64,000 bases of DNA from Terriglobia bacterium (GCA_963799065.1 CAWCVJ010000003.1:569573-633572); one strand, 5' to 3'; shown: positions 11,218 through 20,676, numbered from the stretch's first letter. A program made the numbers and translations. Notes: generated by a model from the letters alone, not told the origin.

Positions 11218-11434
11218 AGATCTGCTCGTTCGTCAGTTCCACCTTGGGGCCTTTGGAAACGATGATGGGGAATTGCACTCTCTTCGATCGTGGCCGTTGT
11301 CCTTGGAGCAGCATACTCTTGACTCCTGCCAACACCAACGCACGGACGGAACTTCCTTTGGCAGCCGCCTGTTCCTTTAGCTTCCGGTAAAGGGGAGCGG
11401 GAATATCGACAGTTGTGCGGACTGATTCCGGCAT
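11195..11434 (-). CDS. ribbon-helix-helix type antitoxin (VapB-like)
   Basis: An internal ATG gives MPESVRTTVDIPAPLYRKLKEQAAAKGSSVRALVLAGV, an RHH-like N-terminus. It overlaps the vapC start by 23 nt. Confidence 0.65.
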   Translation of the reverse strand: MPESVRTTVDIPAPLYRKLKEQAAAKGSSVRALVLAGVKSMLLQGQRPRSKRVQFPIIVSKGPKVELTNEQIYEHVEFP

Positions 11435-11524
11435 GACCTCAATTGTTCCATAAGTGCCATAAATATGGAAGAGGAATTGTCCGTGCGATTTTCCGATTCT
11501 CATAGCCGGATGTAAGATATCGCC

Positions 11525-12037
11525 ATGAACATACCCGACCTGCTAGGAGTCCTAACGATGATGATGACCCTGTCCGCTCTAGCCCAATCCGGAAGCGCTC
11601 CGTCACCCGATGAGACTGCCATCCGCGCCATCGTCGACTCCGAAGTCGCCGCCTGGAACCGCGGAGACGCCAAAGCCTTCGCCGCCCATTTTGAACAGGA
11701 CGGCTCCTTCACCAACATCCTCGGCCAAATCAGTTTCGATCACGCCACCTTCGAACAGCGTCACACCCACATCTTCGCAACGGTCTACAAAGGGAGCACG
11801 ATGAAGCAGAACATCCAGCGCATAAAGTTCGTCACTCCCGATGTGGCGCTCGTCGACGGCGAAGCGCTGGTGACAGGCTTCCAGCGCCTGCCTCCAGGAG
11901 TCCAAGCCCCAGACGGCATCCTGCGCACCGAATTGCAGCAGCTCTTCGTAAAGCGCAACGGCGAATGGTGGGTCGCATCCTTCCACAACGTAGACGTCAA
12001 GCCTCTGCCGCCGCAGGCCGCAATGCCTCCGCACTAG
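11525..12037 (+). CDS. SgcJ/EcaC family (NTF2-like, DUF4440-type) protein with signal peptide
   Basis: DETAIRAIVDSEVAAWNRGDAKAFAAHFEQDGSF ... LFVKRNGEWWVASFHN matches the family pattern. Confidence 0.7.
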   Translation: MNIPDLLGVLTMMMTLSALAQSGSAPSPDETAIRAIVDSEVAAWNRGDAKAFAAHFEQDGSFTNILGQISFDHATFEQRHTHIFATVYKGSTMKQNIQRIKFVTPDVALVDGEALVTGFQRLPPGVQAPDGILRTELQQLFVKRNGEWWVASFHNVDVKPLPPQAAMPPH

Positions 12038-12100
12038 GCGCAACTTCGTGTTGTCCGGATCTGCTTCCGGCATTATAATAATCATAGCCATGGAGGCTCC

Positions 12101-12322
12101 ATGAAACTCAAGCTCCGCGCCGTTGGCACATCCACCGGAGTCCTTCTCCCGAAAGAAATGCTCGCCCGCCTGAAAGTGAAAAGAGAGGACACGCTCTTCG
12201 CCGTTGAAACTCCAGAAGGCTACTTGCTCACACCCTACGACCCTGAAGTCGATCGCCAACTTGGCAAAGGCCGCGAGTTCATGGCCAAATATCGAGAGAC
12301 CTTCCGGGCGCTGGCGAAGTGA
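12101..12322 (+). CDS. AbrB/MazE/SpoVT-family antitoxin (Phd-role partner of Doc)
   Basis: KLRAVGTSTGVLLPKEMLARLKV is a swapped-hairpin AbrB-like motif. GGAGG lies upstream, and the stop overlaps the doc start. Confidence 0.8.
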   Translation: MKLKLRAVGTSTGVLLPKEMLARLKVKREDTLFAVETPEGYLLTPYDPEVDRQLGKGREFMAKYRETFRALAK

Positions 12323-12717
12323 GACGTCCGGTCTGGATTGACCGGCGCGCACTCCTCCTGCTACACAGCGAAACTCTAGCCGAGCACGGAGGGCTATCCG
12401 GCTTCCGCGATGAAGGCCTGTTCGATGCCGCTCTGGCCCGTCCGCAACACATCCACGCTTACGAACCCGACGCCGATCTCGCGCGCCTCGCCGCCGCGTA
12501 TGCTTTCGGCCTCGCCCGCAATCATCCTTTCAACGATGGCAACAAACGAGTAGGATTTCTCGCAGCGGGTCTATTTCTCATGCTCAATGGCCGTGAATTG
12601 CAAGTCGACCAAGCTGATGCCGTCACCACAATCGAACGCCTCGCGGCAGGTAAACTTCCGGAAGCAGACTTGGCAGCCTGGATTCGCGAACACATGGTTC
12701 GCCCGAAGCGCAGCTAG
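12319..12717 (+). CDS. doc: type II toxin Doc (Fic/DOC family kinase)
   Basis: The Fic motif HPFNDGNKRVG sits in a Doc-sized 132-aa protein. The GTG start overlaps the antitoxin stop. Confidence 0.85.
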   Translation: MRRPVWIDRRALLLLHSETLAEHGGLSGFRDEGLFDAALARPQHIHAYEPDADLARLAAAYAFGLARNHPFNDGNKRVGFLAAGLFLMLNGRELQVDQADAVTTIERLAAGKLPEADLAAWIREHMVRPKRS

Positions 12718-12730
12718 TCTAGCAAAAACA

Positions 12731-13594
12731 ATGCGCATCGCCCTCGTCACTTCCGCAGATTTCCCTGACCTAACCGACGACGACAGGGCGTTACTTCAGC
12801 CCCTGCAAGATCGCGGCCACTCAGCAGAACCCGCAATCTGGAGCGCTCCCAAATGCGACTGGGCTGCCTACGACCTAATCGTGATCCGCTCCTGCTGGGA
12901 TTACCATCTGCGCCTTATGGAGTTTCTGCGCTGGATCGCATCGTTGGAAGAACGCAACTGCAACTTGTGGAATCCTCCTGCCATGATTCGCTGGAACGCC
13001 GACAAAACTTATCTTCGCGAACTCGGCGCACGCGGCGTTTCAATAGTCCCCACCCTCTGGTTCGAGCCGGACTCGCGAGTTGATCTTCAATACGATATCC
13101 GCAATGCTGGATGGAGTAAAGCCGTCATCAAGCCCCGCGTATCCGCAACCGCGTATCGCACAGAAGTAGTCGAGACGGAACAAGCCGACGCCGCGCAGGA
13201 GCTGTTCGACGACCTACTGCATGGCCCTGGAGTGATGGTGCAGAAGTTCATGGACAGCATCGTCACTCACGGCGAATGGTCGCTCATGTTCTTCGCCGGA
13301 CGCTACAGTCACGCAGTCCTCAAAACGCCGAAGTGCGGGGATTTCCGCGTCCAACACGATTTCGGCGGCAGCTCGGCGAGCGCAGTCCCTCCGGATTACG
13401 TGATTGAAGCTGCCGCCAAATCCATCCGGACGCTCGATTCGATTCCTCTTTACGCGCGGGTCGACGGCCTCGAAAGTGACGGCGAATTCATGTTAATGGA
13501 ACAGGAACTAATCGAGCCTGCTCTCTTTCTGGATTCCTCGCCGGACGCGGCAGACAGTCTTGCGGGAGCCATCGCTGCCTCCGCCGGTGTCTAA
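12731..13594 (+). CDS. ATP-grasp domain protein (RimK/glutathione-synthetase-like)
   Basis: Internal ATG at 12731. MRIALVTSADFPDLTDDDR...DLIVIRSCWDYHLR..FLRW...NPPAMIRWNADKTYLREL...GVSIVPT resembles a widespread uncharacterised ATP-grasp family. Confidence 0.6.
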   Translation: MRIALVTSADFPDLTDDDRALLQPLQDRGHSAEPAIWSAPKCDWAAYDLIVIRSCWDYHLRLMEFLRWIASLEERNCNLWNPPAMIRWNADKTYLRELGARGVSIVPTLWFEPDSRVDLQYDIRNAGWSKAVIKPRVSATAYRTEVVETEQADAAQELFDDLLHGPGVMVQKFMDSIVTHGEWSLMFFAGRYSHAVLKTPKCGDFRVQHDFGGSSASAVPPDYVIEAAAKSIRTLDSIPLYARVDGLESDGEFMLMEQELIEPALFLDSSPDAADSLAGAIAASAGV

Positions 13595-13728
13595 GTTACC
13601 AGCGAGTTACGACAGAACTCGCGCCGTTCGCGCGAAGAGATGCAAGTTTTCCAGCCGACCACGTTCTCCTCCCAAGGCCGGAAATCTCCTCCTTCCGCAC
13701 CGAACGAATTCGCTAATCGGGAGGGACT

Positions 13729-15201
13729 ATGAAGCGCTTGCTCTGCATGATGCTTTTCGCCGCCGCTGCCGTCGCCCAGCAGCCGGCCGACTCGAACGCC
13801 CCAGCTTTAACCATCTACAACCAAAACTTTTTCGTCGCGCGTGAACATCTGCCGCTCGACTTAACCGCTGGCGTCAACCACGTCGACTACGCCGGAATCG
13901 CCGCGCATCTCGAACCCGACTCCGTTATCCTCCGCGATCCCGCCGGACGCCCGCTGCAAGTGCTGGAGCAGAACTACCGCAACGATCCCGTCTCGCAGGA
14001 ACTGTTGCTGTCATTCTACGAAGGCAAGACTATCGACTTTCTTCAGCCAGACAAGACGACCGTCAAAGGCAAGATCATCCGCAGCGGATACATTCCCAGC
14101 TCTAACTATGGACAGAGCTACCAGGCGCCAAACATCACGCAGCCCATCATCGAAATAGACGGCATTTTGCGCTTCGGCCTACCCGGCCAGCCGCTATTTC
14201 CCGCGCTCTCGAATGACTCAATTCTGAAGCCAACGTTAAGCTGGCTTCTGCAAAGCCCGTCCCCGGCCAAATTCGACGCCGAACTCTCCTACGTCAGCGG
14301 AGGCATGAGCTGGCAGGCGGACTACAACCTCGTCGTCTCCGACAATCCCGCCGCGAAAGCCGACCTGCTCGACATGATCGGATGGGTCACGATTCAAAAT
14401 CAGAGCGGCAAGACTTTTGAAAATGCGAACATCAAGTTACTAGCCGGAGATGTCAACAAGATCGAGGGCGGCCCGGCCCGCAATCGCATGTATGCCGCTG
14501 CCAAAGCGGCCGACATGGCCGCCGAAGCCCCGGCCGTAACTGAGAAATCCTTCGACGAATTTCACCTCTACACTTTGCAGCGCCCCACCACGCTGCACGA
14601 CAACGAAACTAAACAAGTCGAATTCGTCCGCGCCAGCGCCATTCACGCCCAGCGCCTCTACATTTACGACGGAGCGCAGTTTCCCCAGTACGGTTACTCG
14701 CCTGAACAAATCCGCCAGGATCAAAACTACGGCACCCAATCCAATCCCAAAGTCTGGGTCATGGAAGAGTTCAAAAACTCCGAAGCGAACCGTCTCGGCA
14801 TCGCCCTACCCAAAGGCAAGCTGCGCTTCTATCGCCGCGACACCGACGGACACCTCGAATTCATCGGCGAAAATCAGATCGACCACACACCCAAAGACGA
14901 AACTCTGCGCCTCTACACCGGCAACGCCTTCGACGTGGTCGGCGAGCGCAAGCGCACCAACTATCACATGGAATCCGGCCAGCACTGGATGGAGGAGTCC
15001 TTCGAAATCCGCGTCCGCAATCACAAAAAAGAGCCAGTCAACGTCCGCGTCGTCGAACACATGTACCGTTGGACGAATTGGAAGCTAAACGCCGAGCCCG
15101 AAGGAGCCCACAAGACCGATGCGCAGACGATGGAATTCCCGGTGACAGTCGACCCAGATGGAGAGCGGGTCATCGATTACACAGTGCATTATTCGTGGTA
15201 A
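13729..15201 (+). CDS. DUF4139 domain-containing protein (MuiA-like), secreted
   Basis: Signal peptide MKRLLCMMLFAAAAVAQQ. LSYVSGGMSWQADYNLVV...GWVTIQNQSGKTFENANIKLLAGDVN is typical of DUF4139. Confidence 0.7.
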   Translation: MKRLLCMMLFAAAAVAQQPADSNAPALTIYNQNFFVAREHLPLDLTAGVNHVDYAGIAAHLEPDSVILRDPAGRPLQVLEQNYRNDPVSQELLLSFYEGKTIDFLQPDKTTVKGKIIRSGYIPSSNYGQSYQAPNITQPIIEIDGILRFGLPGQPLFPALSNDSILKPTLSWLLQSPSPAKFDAELSYVSGGMSWQADYNLVVSDNPAAKADLLDMIGWVTIQNQSGKTFENANIKLLAGDVNKIEGGPARNRMYAAAKAADMAAEAPAVTEKSFDEFHLYTLQRPTTLHDNETKQVEFVRASAIHAQRLYIYDGAQFPQYGYSPEQIRQDQNYGTQSNPKVWVMEEFKNSEANRLGIALPKGKLRFYRRDTDGHLEFIGENQIDHTPKDETLRLYTGNAFDVVGERKRTNYHMESGQHWMEESFEIRVRNHKKEPVNVRVVEHMYRWTNWKLNAEPEGAHKTDAQTMEFPVTVDPDGERVIDYTVHYSW

Positions 15202-15253
15202 GGCGCCCACCCTGTCGCAACCCAAAGCGAGAGAGGTGGGGGCACCGGTTTTC

Positions 15254-16222
15254 TTACGATGGCAGTTCGTATTTCGTCTGGGGGTAGAAGTAGCTGAACA
15301 TGATCCAAAGCATGGCGATTATAATCAGCGCGAAAACGCTGCCTTCGGGGCCGACCGTGCCGCCAGTGATCCAGCGGCTGCCGTGAAAGGAAGTGTTCAG
15401 TAAATGGCCTTGCGAAATCGTCCCGCTGTCGGGGACGGAGTAGAAGTAGCTCTCGGCCCAATCCCACGAGGCGTGAAAGCCGACGGCCCACCATAAGGTT
15501 CCGGTGCGATACAGGGTGAGGCAGAAAAACAGGCCGATCAAACCGGCGGCCAGCGCGCCCATCCAAGCCTCGCCCTGGTTGCTCAGGTGGACCGCGCCGA
15601 AGAGAGTCGAAAAGATCAGCGCGGAGGGCCAGAAACCGATTCCTTGCGTCAGGGTAAACAAAGAGTAGCCGCGAAATAGAAACTCTTCGAAGAATCCGAC
15701 CAGCAGGAAAACGGCTCCCCAAAACGCGGCGTACTTGAAAATGCGAGGGCCATGCAGAGCTAAACCTCCGAGCGAAAAGCCCTGCGCGCCCCGGATGAAC
15801 AGCAGCAGCAAACTTAAGGACGCGAAGCCCCAACCGACGCCGACCCAGAATTGCCTTCCGAAGGCGCCGGCTCGCGGCAAGCCATAAGTTCCGAGCGGAC
15901 GTTTTTCGATCTTAGCCATGATCAGCGCCGGCACAAACGCCGCGATCACGCTGGCGATCTCGGCGATCATCTGTCCCCACACCGACGGAAGAGTATGGGG
16001 AGGAATTCCGCGGCGCAGCGCGGCGCTGATGGTCACCAAAGTCAGTCCGAAAAGAACGATGTAGAGCAGAAGCCGCCATCCCGAACGAAGTCCCGATGAG
16101 CCCACGAATAAGGCCGTCGATGATGGAGCGGATTTCGATGGAGCGGATTTCGGCAAGGGTGTCGCGGCAGGCGAATGATTGGTCAACTCACCTTGCGGGT
16201 CCAAGTTGGAAGCATCGCTCAT
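15254..16222 (-). CDS. CPBP family intramembrane glutamic endopeptidase (CAAX/Abi type)
   Basis: Contains EEFLFRG and FGAVH motifs within a multi-TM protein. I chose the start at the internal ATG 16222. Confidence 0.8.
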   Translation of the reverse strand: MSDASNLDPQGELTNHSPAATPLPKSAPSKSAPSSTALFVGSSGLRSGWRLLLYIVLFGLTLVTISAALRRGIPPHTLPSVWGQMIAEIASVIAAFVPALIMAKIEKRPLGTYGLPRAGAFGRQFWVGVGWGFASLSLLLLFIRGAQGFSLGGLALHGPRIFKYAAFWGAVFLLVGFFEEFLFRGYSLFTLTQGIGFWPSALIFSTLFGAVHLSNQGEAWMGALAAGLIGLFFCLTLYRTGTLWWAVGFHASWDWAESYFYSVPDSGTISQGHLLNTSFHGSRWITGGTVGPEGSVFALIIIAMLWIMFSYFYPQTKYELPS

Positions 16223-16288
16223 GGTTATCCGGAGAATCGGTCGAGATACGCAGATTAGCATACGCCGTGATAAAACCATGATTCAGCC

Positions 16289-17518
16289 ATGAGCAGATTT
16301 TTTACACACGAGCGCTTTGGACATCCCCAATTCATTGCAGGGCTTTTCCTGTTCGCATTCCTGGCGCAGGCGGGCTGGCTCACTTTGCGCAAAGCACCGA
16401 CCGAAGTGGATGCGAGCGAACTCTTTCGCATCCATGAAGGCTGGGCTCAGCTGCAACGCCAGGGGATCGCCGGAACTCCCAATGACGCGCGGCTTGAAGC
16501 AGGAGTTACGCTTCCGTCGGAGGTGGAAGTGAATGAAGGCTATGACCCCAATCATTCGCCGTTGTGGTACCTTCTTGCGGCTGCGCCGATGGCGACTTGG
16601 GCCGGGCCCGGACATGGCGAAGACTGGGTCGTGCGTAACTGGGGATGGCTTTCAGCCGCGCCGTATCTGCTCTTAGGCGTGGCGCTGGGCGCGTCGTTGT
16701 GGTACGTTTCGCGACGCCTGTATGGGAATGCGGGGGGTTACATCGCGCTAACGCTTTACTCTTTCTCGCCCGGAATTCTGCGGGCCAGCGCACTGTGGCA
16801 CACGCCGCCGGAGATGGGAGCGGCCTGGGGGAGTTTCGGCGCGATCTTTACCTCCATTGCCGTGGCGCACACTCTTTATGCCCCGCGCGAAGTCATTCTG
16901 TGGAATTGGCGGAGAACCCTGTTGCTCGGCTTGTCCTTCGCGCTGGCGATCGGCTGTCAATTTTCGCTCGTTGTTCTCGTTCCGGTTGGGCTAGGTCTCA
17001 TGCTTTACTTGGCGCCGGATCGTCGTCGAGCTGCGGCGACCATTTGGGCCGCGTCGCTTGGCATCGCCTGTTTTCTGGTTTATGCGGCGTATGGATTTCA
17101 CTCCGATGCGACGGGACATAGTTTGAGTCACGCCAATTTCTTCGTCTGGGAAGCTAGGTCATTCGGAATGGCGGGAGCCTATCGCCAATTGGTTATTCAG
17201 CTCGGACTCGCGAGCCCCGTCGCCTTGCTAGCATTTCCCGCGGGATTATGCGCTTACCTGCTGTGGCCTCGCGCCCGTTACTTTGGCAACAGCGCTCCAT
17301 TACTGGTGGTCGCACTCTGTCTGCTATTGGCGCTGGCGAATCCGCAATATCCGGGCATGGGTTTCGTGCTGGTCGCTCTGCCCTTCATTTTCGTGTTTAT
17401 TGCCGGAATTGCCGCCGACCTGCTCGAAACCTCCGACCGCAAACTAGTCCAGACCTGCATTGGGAGTCTATTAGTGGTCAGTTCGACTTGGAATGTATGG
17501 CAATTATTGCGGGTGTGA
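16289..17518 (+). CDS. polytopic integral membrane protein (possibly a GT-C-type glycosyltransferase)
   Basis: 409 aa with many hydrophobic helices. I recognise no catalytic motif, so the GT-C assignment is only a guess. Confidence 0.5.
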   Translation: MSRFFTHERFGHPQFIAGLFLFAFLAQAGWLTLRKAPTEVDASELFRIHEGWAQLQRQGIAGTPNDARLEAGVTLPSEVEVNEGYDPNHSPLWYLLAAAPMATWAGPGHGEDWVVRNWGWLSAAPYLLLGVALGASLWYVSRRLYGNAGGYIALTLYSFSPGILRASALWHTPPEMGAAWGSFGAIFTSIAVAHTLYAPREVILWNWRRTLLLGLSFALAIGCQFSLVVLVPVGLGLMLYLAPDRRRAAATIWAASLGIACFLVYAAYGFHSDATGHSLSHANFFVWEARSFGMAGAYRQLVIQLGLASPVALLAFPAGLCAYLLWPRARYFGNSAPLLVVALCLLLALANPQYPGMGFVLVALPFIFVFIAGIAADLLETSDRKLVQTCIGSLLVVSSTWNVWQLLRV

Positions 17519-17669
17519 CGGGGAGTCGAGTGTTGGGCAAGTCCGCGGCGTTGACGTTGAGTGACAGCCATGGGAGCTGGAATGCCCCGGCTTTCCCTAA
17601 AAAATACCGCAACCCCCAGCCTCGTCCCATGTTCTAATCTGATAAGAGCAGCAGCGCGGGAGGTTGCCC

Positions 17670-18353
17670 ATGCATTCCAGCCGTCTTATCGGTTTTATAA
17701 TCCTGGTGGCGTTGTTCGCTTCCGCATCGCACGCCCAAACCGCCCACGGCCTTCCGCCGTCGGTCACCTCGACCGGGTTTGGCCACAGCGGAAGCGCTCC
17801 TCGCGGACTCGCTCCTAGCGTAGGCTCGATAAATTTCGGTGGCGTTCCCTCGGCTAACCGTTCGGGTCGCGGCGTTGGCAACACGCATCGCGGCTACAAT
17901 CCTTCCTACAATTCGAATCGCGGCCGCAACAATTACGGATACGGCGCGGTCTACGGCGTTCCTTACTTCTATCCTTATGTAAGCGACGACTCTGACAGCG
18001 GCTCGCCCGATGACGACGAGTACAGCGGGGGCCCGACCATATTCGATCGCCGCGGTCCGGGCACGCCCGTCGCGCAGGATTCGCCGCCGGCGTACTCCGA
18101 TGGGACGACGCAAAACCCGCAATCTTCCCGCGAGGAACCGGCGATTGATCAGCCCGACACCGTTCTCATCTTTAAAGACGGCCACAGCGTTGAAATCGAA
18201 AACTACGCCATCGTCGGTCCAACGCTATACGAGGTTTCCTCGGGACAACGGCACAAGATCGCGCTGGCCGACCTCGACCTCGCCGCCACCGCAAAACAAA
18301 ACGACGAACGCGGCGTGGACTTTCAGGTACCTAATCCCGTGCAAGCAAATTGA
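17670..18353 (+). CDS. hypothetical secreted protein, paralog 1 (low-complexity middle, conserved C-terminal ~60 aa)
   Basis: GGAGG lies 6 nt upstream. Signal peptide MHSSRLIGFIILVALFASASHAQ. The C-terminus IFKDGHSVEIENYAIVGPTLY...IALADLDLAAT...GVDFQVP is shared with the next ORF. Confidence 0.5.
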   Translation: MHSSRLIGFIILVALFASASHAQTAHGLPPSVTSTGFGHSGSAPRGLAPSVGSINFGGVPSANRSGRGVGNTHRGYNPSYNSNRGRNNYGYGAVYGVPYFYPYVSDDSDSGSPDDDEYSGGPTIFDRRGPGTPVAQDSPPAYSDGTTQNPQSSREEPAIDQPDTVLIFKDGHSVEIENYAIVGPTLYEVSSGQRHKIALADLDLAATAKQNDERGVDFQVPNPVQAN

Positions 18354-18354
18354 T

Positions 18355-19017
18355 ATGGCAATACGCCTGATCCGCGGATGCTTCACGATCACGCTGGTCG
18401 CTTTGTCCGCCGCTCCCGCAGCATGGGGTCAGGTGCGGGGAGGCTTCGCCGCGCACGCATCGTTCGGCGGCTCCAGCCGTGGAACCGCGAGCTTTCATCG
18501 CTCAGCCCGCTTCGGGTCAGCCGTCATCTTCAGCGATCCTTATTACTACGGTGACTATGCGTCTGGCGGCTTTGTCGAGGACGGTCCGCCGCGGTTTTTT
18601 GTTCTCCCGCAGCCCGCACCTCCCGAGCCGCCGAGCGCACCCATTCACCCTCTACTGATCGAGCTTCAAGGCGACCACTACGTCCGAGTCGGAGAAGCGC
18701 AAAACGAAAACCATCGGATGGCCGGCCTCGAGTCTGTAGACAAACGGGGCGACCGCCCGAAAGACGCGATGGCGACATCGCGGGATTTAACGCCCACGGT
18801 ATTGATCTACCGCAACGGATTTCGCGAGAATATCCCGCAATACGCCATCGTGGGGAAAACGATTTATGCGCGCGGCAACTACTGGCGGGACGGCTACTGG
18901 ACGAAGAACATCCAGATCGCTGCGCTCAATCTGCCGGCGACGATTCGCGCCAATCGGGATATCGGCGTGAACTTTGTGCTGCCAGACGGGCCCGGCGAAG
19001 TGGTCACCCGACCCTAG
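18355..19017 (+). CDS. hypothetical secreted protein, paralog 2
   Basis: The ATG lies 1 nt after the previous stop. Signal peptide MAIRLIRGCFTITLVALSAAPAAWG. The C-terminus IYRNGFRENIPQYAIVGKTIY...IQIAALNLPAT...GVNFVLP matches paralog 1. Confidence 0.5.
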   Translation: MAIRLIRGCFTITLVALSAAPAAWGQVRGGFAAHASFGGSSRGTASFHRSARFGSAVIFSDPYYYGDYASGGFVEDGPPRFFVLPQPAPPEPPSAPIHPLLIELQGDHYVRVGEAQNENHRMAGLESVDKRGDRPKDAMATSRDLTPTVLIYRNGFRENIPQYAIVGKTIYARGNYWRDGYWTKNIQIAALNLPATIRANRDIGVNFVLPDGPGEVVTRP

Positions 19018-19086
19018 GCGATTGCAAAACGGAGCGCCTGCATTACAATCAGCCACTAGCCGTTCCATACAACTTTGAGGTTTCTC

Positions 19087-20079
19087 ATGATCGCGCGTCT
19101 CTCAGCCGTCTTGCTGCTCGGCACGTTCGCACCCGCCCAGAACACTCTCCAGTACACCACTACCAACGCCAACGTGAAGTATTTGTTCGCTACGGCGGAG
19201 CCGGTGCTGCGTCTGCACTCCGGCGACATTCTGGACACCAACACGCTTGACTGCTTCGGCAATGCCTTGCGCAAGCCGGGTGACACGGTCAGCATGGCGA
19301 CGGGGGATAATCCGCTAGCCGGGCCGTTTTATGTGGAAGGAGCGGAGCCGGGGGATACGCTGGCGGTGAAGATTCTCGATCTGCAAGTCGATGGCGACAC
19401 CGGCGTCGGAGCGTTCTCCCCCGGCTTCGGCGCGCTCAACGGCACGAACTACACGCCAATGCTTGAAAAGCCGCTGCCCGAGCGCGTTTGGTTCTATCAC
19501 ATCGACCACACTGCTAACACGGCGACGTTCAAGGCGCTGGATTCCGACTTCAAAGTGCCGATTCCGGTGCATCCTTTCTTTGGATGTATTGGCGTTGCGC
19601 CCGCTAACGGCGAGGCTCGCAGCTCGCTCGTGCCAGCGGAGTTTGGCGGCAACATGGATTCGCCCGAGGCCAGCGTTGGCAACACGGTTTACTTTCCGGT
19701 AAACGTTAAAGGGGGACTGCTCTATCTCGGCGACGGCCATACCGCGATGGGCGATGGCGAAGCGGCAGGCTCTGCGATCGAAGTGCCGTTGAAGGCGCGC
19801 GTGCAACTCAGCGTGATCAAAGGCCGCACCATTGGCTGGCCGGAGTTTGAAAACGACGACGCGATCATGACGGTCGGCGCGTATCGTCCGGTGGATGACG
19901 CGGTGCGCATTGCGCTCACCGAACTCATCCACTGGATTCATCGCGACTACGGCTTGTCGGAGATGGACGCGTACGAGCTTGTGTCGGAAGTCGGACGGCT
20001 GCACTTGAATGAAATGGTCGATCCGAATTATGTGGTGGTCGCGTCGATCGAGAAGAAGTATCTGCCGGGGAGGAAGTAG
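19087..20079 (+). CDS. acetamidase/formamidase family protein (secreted)
   Basis: GPFYVEGAEPGDTLAVKILD, FGGNMD, VYFPVNVKGGLLYLGDGHTAMGDGE..GSAIE fit the FmdA/AmdA family pattern. Confidence 0.8.
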   Translation: MIARLSAVLLLGTFAPAQNTLQYTTTNANVKYLFATAEPVLRLHSGDILDTNTLDCFGNALRKPGDTVSMATGDNPLAGPFYVEGAEPGDTLAVKILDLQVDGDTGVGAFSPGFGALNGTNYTPMLEKPLPERVWFYHIDHTANTATFKALDSDFKVPIPVHPFFGCIGVAPANGEARSSLVPAEFGGNMDSPEASVGNTVYFPVNVKGGLLYLGDGHTAMGDGEAAGSAIEVPLKARVQLSVIKGRTIGWPEFENDDAIMTVGAYRPVDDAVRIALTELIHWIHRDYGLSEMDAYELVSEVGRLHLNEMVDPNYVVVASIEKKYLPGRK

Positions 20080-20157
20080 GCGGGCGGAGCAATGTGTCCG
20101 GTCCTATAGCTAGAGCCTGGATAATTCGCGCACCCTCTCATCACCGCTGCCTAAATC

Positions 20158-20461
20158 AGTTGTAAATTTGCCCGGATTCCCCTACTACCGTGACGCCTTT
20201 TACAATCTGTTCCTCCGCATCGCGAACGGAAACGGATAGCGTCGCGCCCGGCCCGGTGGGAGGAGGCACACCCAGCACAATGGCAGTCTTGACGTAAGGG
20301 TCGACTTACTGATACACCATTTTCGGCTGCTTGGGGATTTTCCCCAAGCAGGCCGTCGCCGCGAACAGTTGCGCTCCGGCTATCGCAGCTTTCCTGTTGG
20401 AGAATACTTGATTCTCTAACGCATCGAGGATACCGGTGTCCAGATTATGCAAGTGGTCCAT
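20158..20461 (-). pseudogene. small ORF interrupted by an in-frame TAA (51 + 49 codons), unknown family
   Basis: My translation is MDHLHNLDTGILDALENQVFSNRKAAIAGAQLFAATACLGKIPKQPKMVYQ*VDPYVKTAIVLGVPPPTGPGATLSVSVRDAEEQIVKGVTVVGESGQIYN*. The TAA is at 20308-20306. Both halves fall below the ORF-track cutoff. Confidence 0.25.
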
Positions 20462-20561
20462 TCCAAGCGGGACTTAGATACATTATTAGGACATTGAGAT
20501 TGCGCGTGACTGATTCTGTTGGGTGAGATGCGAGGGATGCGCTCGAAACGGGATCTCATCG

Positions 20562-20570
20562 TGCTATACT
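20562..20570 (+). promoter_or_regulatory. candidate extended -10 element (TGCTATACT) for gyrA
   Basis: TGnTATACT lies about 107 nt upstream of the gyrA ATG. The leader contains the inverted repeat AGCAAATAA (20587-20595) / TTATTTGCT (20635-20643). Confidence 0.35.
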
Positions 20571-20676
20571 TTTACTTGTATCCCATAGCAAATAAATGAC
20601 GTTAGACCCCTGCGGCGGGCATCTCGCCGAGGGCTTATTTGCTGCGCAAAACGCGTTTTCGCTCCTATAAAAATCT

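Noticed and set aside
12731-13728. ATP-grasp enzyme considered as a graspetide (RiPP) ligase with a nearby precursor peptide.
   Set aside because: I see no plausible small precursor ORF in the flanking 135-bp spacer or upstream. The sequence resembles the RimK/GSH-synthetase-like uncharacterised family rather than MdnB/C-type ligases.
18010-18354. N-terminal 115 codons of listed ORF 18010..19017, which overlap the preceding gene in another frame.
   Set aside because: The internal ATG at 18355 yields a clean signal peptide and sits 1 nt after the upstream stop. The upstream extension is Arg/Pro-rich shadow sequence.
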